From assembly GCA_964304625.1 (NCBI GenBank), contig OZ199840.1, positions 6,202,776 to 6,266,775 of the forward strand: DNA of 64,000 bases, in the 5' to 3' direction. Made by a program: the position numbers and the translations under genes. The notes under the pieces are model-generated. The model saw nothing but the letters and a program-made list of their open reading frames with translations. It searched no databases and had not been told where the DNA came from. This DNA is from Kudoa neothunni. Lineage: Eukaryota; Animalia; Cnidaria. Below are positions 13,980 through 27,200 of the stretch, piece after piece. Positions within the stretch are counted from its first letter, which is position 1, and each line of letters starts with the position of its first letter.

Positions 13980-16243
13980 CCCTTTCATGTCTGAATCTTT
14001 ATTTATCTTTGAACAAAAATTTTTGAGTTAATATTTTTAATTTATCAGTTTTGTTCAGTAGACTGAACAATGGGATTTGGTGGTAAAGAAAATATGCAAA
14101 AGAGAAATCGAATTTATTATAACAATGACAATGTTATAATCAATAAAACAATAATTTTAAGTATTAGGATACTCATAAAAACGATTTCTACAATTTCTGC
14201 ATCTACCTGGAGTAGATACCACCTCTGGAGAATGGCCTACATTAACATTTCAAATATTGTCGGATAAAAGAGCATTTCTTTTTCGTTTTGATATAGTAGA
14301 TCCTAATATGTCTTATGAATTAGAATCATTAACCGGACGACCACTTTTTCGAGTTTGTATTAACGTTTGCTTTTTAGAAAACAATGATTTACAGATCGAA
14401 TACGTGAATGAAAGAAAATCGAAAACTTTACTTTTTTTAGCATTATTCATGCGATTTTTTCTACGATACAATAGCCACGAATTAGTGATCGCGATGGTGA
14501 TACCCCCTAAAAATATTCTCATGTACAATTTTCTACATTTGTGATTTGATATATATATATATATATATAATGACCTCAACATCTCCCATATTTTTGTTAT
14601 ATTCCGATACAACAGCTGGACATTCAACTTTAACGTATTTTTGTCGCCTATCATATCTATTCACAGTTGTTAGAGGTTCCTACTAGAATGAGTGGATGAT
14701 AAAATCACAGCGGAGCTATCATACCATCGAGTTAATATTAGTGCATCATTGGAGCTTTAAGCAACATCAAATGAATCATGTCCTTTTTTCATTAAATCTT
14801 TTTTACCGAATAAAGGACGCCCTTAAATTCTATTATTTCGAATAATCTCCACATAATATATTACCCCTTTTTTCAATAAAGTTGCATTTGGAATGATGTG
14901 AACCACTTTCCATAATTCGACAGATACATGCTATTCTTTAGAAGTTGTTCACACAATTTTATTACAAAATTTCCGTTGTATAACAAACCACAGCTTTCTT
15001 ACACAAGGGGCGATTTTCCATCATACAAATGAAAATCCTGTACTATCTTACCTATTCCACATCGAGCAAAAACTTTGATTCCCCATTTGGTGGGTTTAGT
15101 TGATATATACTGTTTTTCCCTGCACTTACCCTTAGAGGGAATCATTTGTTCGTCGAGTGAATTTACGCTCTCTAGGGGGATTTTTAAAAATGCCCGCCTC
15201 AAATTTTCCAAAAGGGTCCAATTTTGACAAATCGTTCAAAAGTTTGGGACGGTCGATCGTTGGTTGCATTATAAACATTATAAAAACGTAAAAATTGTGA
15301 CAGTTACTCAAGTCTATATCTGGAAAGTACATCCGAAATAGATGAATAATTGAAATGTTTGCACCAATAGCATCGATAACGAGGCATCCATACGACCACC
15401 ATTAAAATTGTGATTCCTAAGTAAGTTTAATTTCTAAATTGTTTGTCTTGAAATTCGAATGATTTTGTGCGGGGTATCGATATGATTCGGTTACAATTAA
15501 TTCAATAAAATCACCATCAACAAGATGATTGAAATAATCGATGATGTGAATTAAATGATCTGACTTTTCAGATTCATCGTTTATATTGCATAATTCCTCA
15601 GGTAAATGTTGACTGACATCTGTATCTTCCATTGAAGGCCAGTGTCAATTTCAGTGTCAGAATAATCAAATTATGAGCATTCCTTGACGCCTGAAAATTC
15701 ATTCATTATTGATGCTGTAAAATATTGTATCGTCTTCAGAAAATGTATCTGGTTCGGATATATTGAGATCAGGTAAAATTATAATTTCCAAAATTCTTTT
15801 TCCATTGTTATCCTAACCGTTACAAATGTTGTAATTCATTGCGATTGACCAAAAACAGGTCCACGAGTTCATGTTGTTCAATTTACTAACAAGAATTAAA
15901 ATCGTATTATTTCACATAATAATAAGTTTCTTAAAATTTAAACAGACATATATAGTTAACAACAACATATTGTAGTTGTAAAAATTTTTGTTCCAGAAAA
16001 TAATATAATTCGGTTTACAAATTAATACATTACTTTAAGGACGAACGTGGTATGGAGAATTGAATATTGTTAATGCAATTTACTACACAAAATTTCTTAA
16101 TAAAAATATAATACTAACGATTTTTAAACGTTTGTTGGAGTTGAAATTATATGTCTGTACCGAATGTGAAGCAATAGTTAAATATTTATCTCAGACGGGG
16201 AAGAAGTGAATGTTCAGTATACCGCACAATAGGCATGAAAGGG
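13980..16243 (-). mobile_element. piggyBac transposon with decayed transposase
   Basis: TTAA|CCCTTTCATGTCT ... AGGCATGAAAGGG|TTAA. ORF 14999-15211 SLDEQMIPSKGK..KQYISTKPTKWGIKVFARC is the piggyBac DDD core. Confidence 0.92.
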
Positions 16244-16801
16244 TTAAAGTAAATAAGAATTTGGTTTCCAAGTTAAAGGGGTAAATTTCGATTTTTCATC
16301 AGGCCTCGGGGGGAAATTTAAAAAAACGGTTGAGAACCCCAGCATTAAATGATTTGATTGTACTTATTTATTTTTATTAACATAAAAAATGTAAAAAATA
16401 TTGTTTGAAATACATTTAATTGAGTATTGTTTATAAGATGGCCACGAGGAAACTGAGAATAATAATTTAACCCCGACGTTATTCAAATTCACCAGATTAA
16501 ATTAACAAATTCTCCCTTGATATATCCACGCTTGGTTCTAGCAACTCAGTAGGGAAGCTTTGCTCTAGAATGTTTGAAACGTATATGACAACTAAAAATT
16601 AAACAATTTTCAGTAATGCATGAGAAATGTTTTTACGCGAGCATAAATTTTATAAAAAATATCTAAATAGAAATGGAAACATGAGTTAACAGCAGTTGGA
16701 ACGAACTAGATTTTCGCGGTGAGTAAACAATAAATTAAATTGACTCGTAAAAAAACGTAACATTTCGATAACATATTAACATCTATTTGTGTAGTAGAAC
16801 A

Positions 16802-19800
16802 ATGAAAGTTGGAGATAGCCAAATGAATTCAATTTACGAATGCCAGATTTGTCATTCGCGAATACTGCTCGATGAGTCATTGCAGAAGTTGACGGATAGG
16901 TCTGATTCTTCTATAGAAAATATACTGGAAAAATTAGGAGTGTTCGAACAAGAAGGTAGTATAGTTTATGATTGAATTTAATTGAATTTCCTCCTGATTT
17001 AGAAAATGAACGAATTGACAGTAGCAATCACAACGAGAAAGAAAAGGTAATTGGATTTTGTCGATAACAATCAAACATGGATTATAGGATTATTTGGACA
17101 ACCCTTACTGGAACGAATGCACCAATATTGACGAATTAAAGCAACAGTTACAGCAACTGGAAACCAACCTTCCATATTCCAATTACGCTACACCACCGGC
17201 AACATTATCAGAGAACGAAATCAATTATATCTCTTCCTTGGTAAATCCGACAATTAATCCATCGAATAATTTCATGCGCAAATATTATTATAGAACATAG
17301 TCGAATTTTTTGACCATCTATCCGTCATAAGTAGTGTGAATCATCCATTGTGCGAGAGATGTTGCAACGAAACCCTGTTATCTTTTGAAAAAAAGATCAC
17401 GCGCATGCGCAGCACACTAAAAAGCCTTCAAAAAGTGGTCAAAAATAATGACACAGATGAATCATTTACATCCGCCACAATTTTAGCCCCTTGTACGCCA
17501 ACTAATTGTTGATTGAAGAAATAAATTTTCTTCGGTCGAATTTAGACATAATATTAGACGAGTGTGAAAATTGTTGCCAACAGATCAAACAACTTGATTG
17601 TTTGATAACAAAAATAGACAAAGAGATTGTTGAAGTGAACAGCAATCTGAATCAATTGCATGCGAAGGTAGGCAACACCTCTCTACGTATGAATGTATCG
17701 GATGCTGAGAAATCGCACCTAAAAACGGAATATGATAGGTAATTTTAAAATGAATGTTGGTTGGAATAGGACCAAATTTTAGCATCAAAAATTGTCTAAT
17801 GTGGAAACAGAGCCTATTTCAAACTCTGACCAAAACGTGCGTGATGGATTTGGTGTTTAGAATAGGGTAGTTTTCGAATTGGATGTGACATGAAAAATGA
17901 TGTTATCGTGATCTTCATAGTATCAAAGATAACGTGGCGACTATAAACGACAAGCGACTCGGTAGAGTGAACAACAAAAAGGAATCGGTATATCGTAGTA
18001 TATCACGATGCGGCAGAGCGAATCTAATACTAACTAAATGCGCGCCACCTTGTGAGATTTTATTGTTTGGAAACACGCGTGCGATTTAATTTCACAACTC
18101 TATTAGAAACAACAATAATTTATTTAAACAGTCTTCTTAATTAACATAATCATTTATAATTTTTAACTTCAAATTAAATTGGATGTGCTACGTAATCACT
18201 CATTTATTTATTTATTATTCGAATATTTATGCATTGTACAGTAGATGCCATAAATAAGCGTTAACATATTTATTACATGTTAATTCATTTACGAATCACA
18301 AGAATTGTGGTAATTGTTCAAAATGTTTTATAATCAATCCATCAACCTCCAGAAAATCAACTGCATTCCGATGGGATGCGCCCTGGGTAAAAAATACCCT
18401 AAATTTTTATTTTAACATTTATTACAAAAAAGTTCAGTAAGAAGAAATATTTAAGATTTTAGTGGATATAGAAAAAGAATAAAGTTTTAAAACCTAGATA
18501 AATTAGTTGATAAGTTTGATAATCCTACGATTATCATTTTCGTCAGCAACCGCCACATTAGCTTTTACGTCTGATTTACTGTGTGTTATAAATATTAATC
18601 TACATAACTTCTTATATGATTTTTTGTGCCATAAATAAACCGCATTTAATGTAAAAAAGATTCACCAACATTTATTTGATATTTCTTACAGCATTATTTA
18701 TTGTATATCACGTACACAACATTGGTTTTTAACCAATATTCTTGGGCAAAATTCGCATTTTGATATTTTAATTCGAGAATTCTGTCTACGAGATATCTTT
18801 GGAATAGGGATTGAACGCGTTTTAAGATTTTTGGTTGCCATGTTTCTCTCTATTAGTAGGCCATATAATAATTTTGCCATCATTCCGAAAACTTATAATT
18901 TAGTCGAAAAATTATTTTATATTTAATTTTGGCAAACAAAATTGTGAGATATTTTTTTATCTCAATGTTTGTTGGAACGTGGAAAATGTGTATTTCTATC
19001 CATAAAATTGGTAAGAAATTTTATTTTATTTTAATCTGTAAATAACATTATTTTGACGGGATACAGTTAATCTTAGAAAGTTTGAAATTATAAATATTGA
19101 ATTATACAATAAAAAAATCTCATTAGGGTAGTTTTCTGCCCCAAAGTTATTAGAGTAGGAGTTCTCAACCGTTTTCTCAAATTTATCCTCTTAACTTGGA
19201 AATCAAATTGATATTTAATTTGAGGTTTTATAGTGGTTTGACGTTGACAGAGGTTATTTACATGGTAAATTCTAATCCTAAAATAAGTCATGTACGCTTG
19301 TGTAATTACAATTTTTAATCCTACCAACTCTAAGTCGCTAGCTGTTTGCAGATTTAATTTTTTTAGATTTTTCCACGGTAAATTATTTCCGGCCTTTCCT
19401 TCCCTCTTAGGAGTAAGAAATAATAATAAAATAGTCAAAACTAGTTACACTTAAATATTATTTATCATACAGGTTTCCATTTTTGGTATTATTATTATTA
19501 TTACTACTACTAAAAGAACATTTAAAAAGATACGAGCTAGCAAAAAAAGAAACTGTTTGTAGTTTTATCAATGTATGTTAAATATTTATTAGCAAAAACA
19601 TTTTAAGGATTTCCGCCAACTTATTAATGAGTTTAACAGTCCTGAATACTATAATTCCTCAGAAATCCTTAAATAAGTAACAAACCGTAAGAAAGGGCAA
19701 TTATTGCCCTTTCTTAATATTGATGTCATTTAATTTACTCATGATTGAGAACCACGGTATTAGAGAGTTAAATTTGTTTTTTCTTGTTATTTATATGGTT

Positions 19801-20809
19801 GAAAGAATACAAATCTTTTTCAATTTTATCGGAAGTCGTGATCAAATTTAATTATATATAAATCGAATTTATTTTTTCATACTTTTCAAAAAAATAAATT
19901 TTTTATCATTAAATTTGAAACAAATATTAAATGTGACACAACCAAAAATAATATTCGTCTTCCGTTGCTAATGCTCAGCAAAAACCCACTAATAATTTTG
20001 CTTTAGATTGAATGGACGGAGATAAGTGTAGCGTTGGGATATGCAGCATTTGCATTAAAATCAATAGCCTCATTGATTGGTGTAGACTTTGAAAAGTAAC
20101 GTAAACTCTGCGCGAAACTTCATTTATTTTTTGCGTTTAAAAATAAATAGATTTGAAATATTTCCAGTTGGCTCGCTTTCCATCATTCTAGACAAAACTA
20201 CAAACACTCAATTGCCTTTGTATCATATTTATTATATTATTTTATATTGATGGAATATGCGTGAGTAATGTGGTACATTAGACATTACAATGGATCATTC
20301 AGACCTATATGGGATAGAAAGTAATGCTAGATAATTTGCTTATGCGGAATAATTATGTCAATTGTAGGTTTGATGATGCGTTATCAGCGTATGTGTATTG
20401 CGTTGAACGGGTAGATATTATTAATATCACACAAATTCCCACCTTAAAACCTACTCTAACCGCATTTTTGTAGATCAAAGAGGTAATCGAAAAGAAACAT
20501 CCAAACCTTCAATTCCCCTATAAGTAACCAATATCTCAATTTTGATATAAATATTTGTTGTTATAGTATCGACGGTGATAAGCTAATTGATTCTATCTCC
20601 AATAGAATTTATACAGTCAGGTATTTATAACCAAATACAAAAATATTCATCACTTATCGTTCCTAACAATCAATCACATTTATTAATTTAGATATTCTAA
20701 AAGTAACAACGAAGATTGGACTACTAGCCTCAAATATTTGGCAACCAACTTGAAATGGTGCCTAATGTACACATCAAGTATCACTGGAGATACTCAAATA
20801 ATGTCATAA
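16802..20809 (+). CDS. BECN1: Beclin-1 / ATG6, multi-exon with a 2-kb intron (17988-20006)
   Basis: YECQICHSRILLDESL, NHPLCERC, coiled coil, ATINDKRLGR, IEWTEISVALG, LPL..GSFRPIWDRKFDDAL, FPY, EDWTTSLKYLATNLKWCL. Confidence 0.93.
19156..19757 (-). mobile_element. Buster-type hAT MITE inside the Beclin intron
   Basis: TAGGAGTTCTCAACC ... TTGAGAACCACGG; perfect 8-bp TSD tattagag. Reverse homolog of the 11649-16342 termini. Confidence 0.88.
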
Positions 20810-21259
20810 TTTTAATATTTTTATTGTGCCGAGATAGTTATAGAATTTTGTGTTTATATATTTGTTTATTTATAGTTGTGATTGAGTGTTGTTTTTGTTA
20901 AGGAGGCGGTGTATTATGTCTAATTGATGTTGAATCATGTGTGTCTGATTCATCCTAATACAGTATGTATACAAACAACCTCAATGAAATTTTCAGCATG
21001 TGTATACGTTAATCGCATAAAACCAAACAACTCTTCAAACGACGTGCGTGTGAGTTTCCTCAATAATTAACATCACTAGTAACAATTGAGACACTAAATG
21101 TCGTCAGCAATTTTAAACTTGAACATCAACTTCATCCAACTATTTCATAAATGGCGTTATTTATTCGATTTATGTTGCACCAACTTTAACATAGTGGTAT
21201 TACGCATGTGCACTATTTGGGAATTAAATAGAAAGGGTTGTATGAGTGTTGATTAGAGA

Positions 21260-24200
21260 ATGTGGTCTAAAACAAAAAATAAGGTGATTTGTCAGACGGA
21301 TTTTTCTAGTCAAAAATTATCGACAAAACAACAATTAATCCATATATTGTTTATCTTGAGTATTAGTTGTAGAGCGAATTAATTATTTCCTAACGTTGTT
21401 GCGCATTTGTTCTAATGTGAACGTTAGAAAAAGCAAAGTGCACCAAATAAAAGTAAAGGGTTTTGTAAAGAATCAAAAAAACCAAATCTATTATCTCTTT
21501 TCAATGATAAAGAAACTACGGTATATTTACATTTACCGAAGCACATACTGTTAAAATAAATACTGCTAAAATACTGCTAAATATTGATGGATTGTTTTAG
21601 TTTGTAATTACTCGTGTCACTATCGAAAAGGTCTGATTTGTTGTTGTGCGATTGGTTGAGACATGCGAATGCACATCTTAGGGAAACAATCCGTTTGGTA
21701 TTACCATTTCGGGAGGAATTGATCAACCAATTGAAGATTCTACCTCGAATACTGTGGCAGTTGTACACACTGTTTCAAACAACCATAATTCACCTGTCTA
21801 CAATAAATTATTGTACTTTTTTGAGGGGCCACATTTCATTTTTAACGACAAATTTTTAAATAACTAGCCCTGGTGATTGTATTATTTCAGTGGATGGTGA
21901 AAGTATGGTGGGAATGAACCACAGTGATATAGTGAAATTTTTCGCTGAAAAAGTTGGAACGATTGTCTTGGTTGGTCGTCACATACATTACATAAATATG
22001 TGGTTGATTTTTCTCATCAATACCACATTAGGAAGTGAAAAGAACCGTCAAAACAGAATGTTTGTACAAAAATTTCAACACAATTATGGTCAAACATCAT
22101 TGGCTACCAAACAGTTCCCCTGCCACATCAGATCACACAAATGAATATGGATTCAACTTCGAACTCACATCATGGCCCTCTTTCTGCACCCCTGACGTGA
22201 AAAATGTTGTTGTGCTATCGGTGGATGTTAATGGACCAGCTTATGGCACCATACTACCAAGGGATATCATTATAAGTGTAATCTATTTGTTTGATGGATA
22301 TATACATAATAATGACAACCTACTATTAACCATCTATAAAGTATAAAATTGCGTCGAGGTGGGTAATCCTACGCCCCACTTTTTAACATTTTTAATAATG
22401 TGGAATGTAAAATCCTCATATTTTTTATATTAATAGTAATAATTGTAGTTATAGATAATTAGCTGAAGTTAAACTTTGAGTATTGAGAACAACGAAATTT
22501 ATTGTAGCACTTAATCCTTAAAAATACGAATTGACGTATTTGGGTAATATTTCGCATAATCTTAAACTAATACTTCACGTTTTTAGCTTAATAGTAGCTT
22601 TAGTTTTTACAAATTTAAGCTCTTGCCTACTTTTTCCAACAGATATAATATTAAAATATGATTCCGTTGAAGTACATTAGTTAATTAGAGCGATGAGTCA
22701 TTTTACGAAGAGAAAATCTTGCCTAAAAATTCTTATTAGAAAGGACAGAAGCGCTTTTTATTTGCCAATCCAAACAATTAATAATATCTGCATATTTTCT
22801 TTAGGTTTTTAACCCCAATTAATCACTATGGTGATATACGATTAATTCCCACATTTCAAGAAATTTCTACATCAGTAAAATGCTGATTTGCTAGTGTCAG
22901 CAGCGTAAATAAAATTTTATTGATTTCGGAAGTGTTTCAGTGTATATAAATTGGAAGAATATCGAATAGTTATGGGTTTAATTGATTAATCTGTTGTATT
23001 TACCATAGCAATTAATCGACTTTATTTTATTTTAAGAAATGTAAACATTTTCGTTTAAATGTGTGGTATGTATACAATATGAATATAAAAATGAAGGCGG
23101 CAAATAATATTCAAGTGGTGCTAATTTTACCTATGTTTAATCTTTTCTTATTCCTTAGGGTTAAGCGATAGGCCAAAAATAACTAAATATAATAGATTCT
23201 AAAAAATTAAATCTGTATACAACTTTCAAGTGAGAACTGATGGAATTAAAAATATTCATTCGCGCAAACGTACATATCGTTAAGAATGAAATTTTACCTT
23301 GCCAATAGCTTCGGTCTTTAAGAATAGGGCTTTAAACGAGAATCGCACACCAAATTGTTTTTTATAAACCTAAAAAAAATTTAAGTTTGGCTAGAGCCAT
23401 AAAAATATTCCAATTTTTGTAAAAAGTGAATATGAGGTTGCATCAAAATTTGATTTTTCATAGTTTTACGATTTAAAAATGCAATTAAAATTCAATTGCG
23501 GTAACCTTAATTTATTCGAAATTTTAAATACACACAATATTACGTGTGATTCGATAATGCTGGGATATAGCAAGAAAACTAGAGTTATATTTTGATAATA
23601 ATATTCAGAAAAAATACATATAAAATAAAAAAGGTGAAATAATCTGTTTTGATTACAAAAATTATAATTTGGTAATTAATATTAAATGTGAAAGCTGTGA
23701 TAAATAATTTTTAATTCAAGAGATTTTCAATTTGATTGAGATAAGAAATCAAAATTTTATTATGGTATCTGTTAGAATGACTGATAATACAAAAAATTAA
23801 ATATTGTTTCTAAGTTAGTAGGAGTAGTGTGATGTCCAAAAATTATTTTTACATAGATTCTGAAAGTGTATTTTTTTATTAAATGCATGTTAAATTGAGA
23901 TTAATTCAATTATTAAATGTGATTTTTTGTTCGAATTAGACGTATGCTGTGTAGACTTTTACGCAAGTGAGGATTCTGTATTAAATTTGTCATAGATACC
24001 GCCCAACAAATTTCGTTATATGCATGTAAATATTTATGTGACGAAAATGAGTCTTATTTTTTAATTCTTGTGACTCCCACCCTCAAAAATTTCGTGGTAT
24101 ATTGATGACAAAAACCTTGTCTAATTATTCAATCTTTATGTATGAATTAAAGAAATAGATTTTTACAACGAATTTATTTTTCATGTGAATTTAAATAAAA

Positions 24201-27200
24201 TTTGACAATTGTAAACATATTAAAAGTGATATTCTAAGTTTAATTAAGCCGACTCACGCAATTGCGGAGAGACATTATCTATTTGCTTAAGTTATCAAAA
24301 ACTAGCCGTAATTTCAGGTTGGAATTTTTAAAGAATCGAGTTGATTCTAATCTATTATATCTAACAACTGGACTGATAAGCCATTTGAAAATGTATTGAA
24401 ATTTGTTATTTTAAATTTTTCATAACTTAAAATAACTAGTTAAATATAAATCAGATTTTTTAAATTCTAAGAAAATACTAACGAACTGCTGCTCAGCGTC
24501 GCTTGGGGAGGATTTTGCATAGAGGCGTTTCTTAAGGACATTCAAAAAAAATATGTTGTAAACTGATTTATAGAAGCAGTCAAACTAAATTTTTTTAAGC
24601 ATCATACTTTGTCGATTTTGATTTCGAAATTTAAATCATGATCATTTCTGTGTGGGTGTATATCAATCCCAGTTTTTAATTAGCAGTTTCTTGTCCCGGC
24701 AATAACGCTAAATAATTCAAGTTCAGGGTTATACTTATTTTCATTCCAAATTATTTAAACTCTCTTAAAGTGCAATCTAATACGTTATTTTTTGACCCTG
24801 GGGAATTTTTAAAGTCGAATTCTGGTCCGACTCGGAAGATGTGTGCACCCCTAACCTTTTAGGAGATAAAAAATAGAAAAGTAACAAAGAGATAATTTTC
24901 ACAATAAATTAATTTTTATTTCTGAAACCAATATCCTTTGGCTCCGCATAAGCTTTAATGCGCGTTTTCCAACAAACAACCACAAATTATTTAATTAATC
25001 GGATGAAGTAAGTGTACAACCATCTGCACTGAGTTGAATCACTGAAAATTCAACATAACGGGTGATTTCAGTGAAATCCACAGACTCAATACTTGCGTTA
25101 TAATATTTCAATCTATCTGATTATAACAATCATCGCCAAATCGCTAACAATAATGCAAATATTGACTATCAATGGGTCATATCTAAACCCACTGATAGAA
25201 CCTTCAAAATGTGTTTAATAAGTCAATTTCATTAAAACTCTCGGTATAAGGAGTGTAATTTCAAAAAAAATAAAATAAACACGTCAATCTCACATGTAAA
25301 GATAGATGACATCGCTCAATTAACATTTGATAGAGCATATAAGGGGGAAGATAACTTCAACCGACCATCACCATGACACAAGCAGGTGCTAATCCTATTG
25401 TTTAACTCATGGAAGCCGATAAACAAATTTTAAAGCCACAAAACCACTATTTCATCAATACTTTTTGGAAACTTTAGTCACGTGAATAAAACTAAACGAT
25501 TTTTTTAAATACCACCAAATTTTTAAAATTTTTTATATGGCTCTCTACAAAGAAAAAATTTTATCGCACATGTGAATTTGGGTGCACACACAGACACTTC
25601 GACATTATGTATATAGTAGAAAGGATAAACTCGTTCGTTTGCTATATCAAGGATAAAAAATCAATATAGAATAAGCGCGTAAACGTCAAAAAAATGTTTG
25701 TTCTATAATTTTTTCAAAATATCTTGTTATATTTGGATTATCCGCCTAATTTATCCATATTCGACTATTTTACTAATTATATCAATTTTTTATAATCGTT
25801 GATAATGTTTAAAAATGCTACGAAATATTAGAAAATAAATTAAACTTAGTTTTAGCAATAAAAATCGATAAATTAAATTGTCTATGCTTTTGATCTAATA
25901 AGAAGTTTATTTAATAAATTTGGTTTATCACTCAATATTTTATGCAAAGTTCGATGCCATTTTCAATGTTAACTAGTCGTATATGTGGAAAATGAGAATA
26001 GTATCTCAGAGTGTTAAGTAGATTCAGTATTTTCTATCCAACTCTTAATATTATAATATTGTGTTCATATCTTATATTAACATTAAAGATTAACAACCAA
26101 ATTCTTTACGGTTACACTCTTGAGGAGATAGATAGTTTGATAAAAAGTTGCAATGGTAAAATGCTCCTTGAAATCCTTCGAAAACCTAAGTCTGATGGTT
26201 CACGTAAATTTTGCAACATGATATCACAACATTGATAACAACTTCAAATAGAACTACTAACAGACATAAAAAATAACAATGGTTTTCTAGAGATAAACGA
26301 TTCCCATATGTATTGAACTATTATAATATATTTATTTGTGATTCAGTGTAACACAAATATCTCTAATCATTCAATCATTACATTAGGTTGGAAGTAAAGT
26401 TAGACAAAAAATCAAATGAACAATATGGATTTGGGATTGTTGGCGGAATAGAGGACTGTCCGTTGTTTATTGCTAATGTGGATGCCTTTTCACTTGCTGA
26501 GCAGGCTGGTGTCAAAAGTTGTAGTGTTATTCACAGGGTTAATTTATTTTGGTTTGAATATAACTAATACTTATCTTTTGATCTTCATACAGATAAACTC
26601 GAAAGATGTGAGTTTTATGGGCCATGAAGATGCAGTTACATTGATCACCAGCACCAACCAACTTCAACTGCTATTAGAATACAATGAAAAATGTGAGATT
26701 ACGATTTCAATTATTATGCATTATATGCGATATTTCATTACCACTATGCATTACAGTACACCAGGATTTACAAAAATTTATCAATGGAACAAAATCCGCT
26801 TCCCACATTAAAGTTCTCAACCACAGCACCTATAGAAGTGTGACGTTCTCTTCGGTAAGTGACATCAGTGTTTCCTCGACCGAGTCCCATTCTGCGGATA
26901 ACGGTGGACCCATTCTCGATAACCAATTAGAACCTCTAAGACAATTTACAGTCAGGTAAATGAATCAGAAAAAATAACCTAACCACAATTTTTTTATTTT
27001 ACATAAATAGGGCTTTGTTCGATTTTGATGCTGAATCTGAAAAATCACTTCCAGCCAGAGGTCTGACCTTCGCATTTGGCGATCTTCTTCAAGTAACCAA
27101 TGGCAACGATGAAGAGTGGTGGCAAGCTGCACCACTCAATACCACCGGCACCCTCAATCGAAGGAAACCTATGGGATTGATTCCATCTCAAAATCTGTGA

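Larger units (their letters stand above)
11649..16342 (+). mobile_element. Buster/Charlie-type hAT MITE expanded by nested insertions
   Basis: TIRs CAAGGGTTTTCAACC / GGTTGAGAACCCCAG; 8-bp TSD gattaaat/cattaaat. Terminal portions are homologous to the short copies at 19156 and 28987. Confidence 0.8.

Noticed and set aside
1770-20809. VPS33A and Beclin-1 as an autophagy gene cluster
   Set aside because: They are separated by PRPF3 and 12 kb, and the other neighbours are functionally unrelated. Probably chance.
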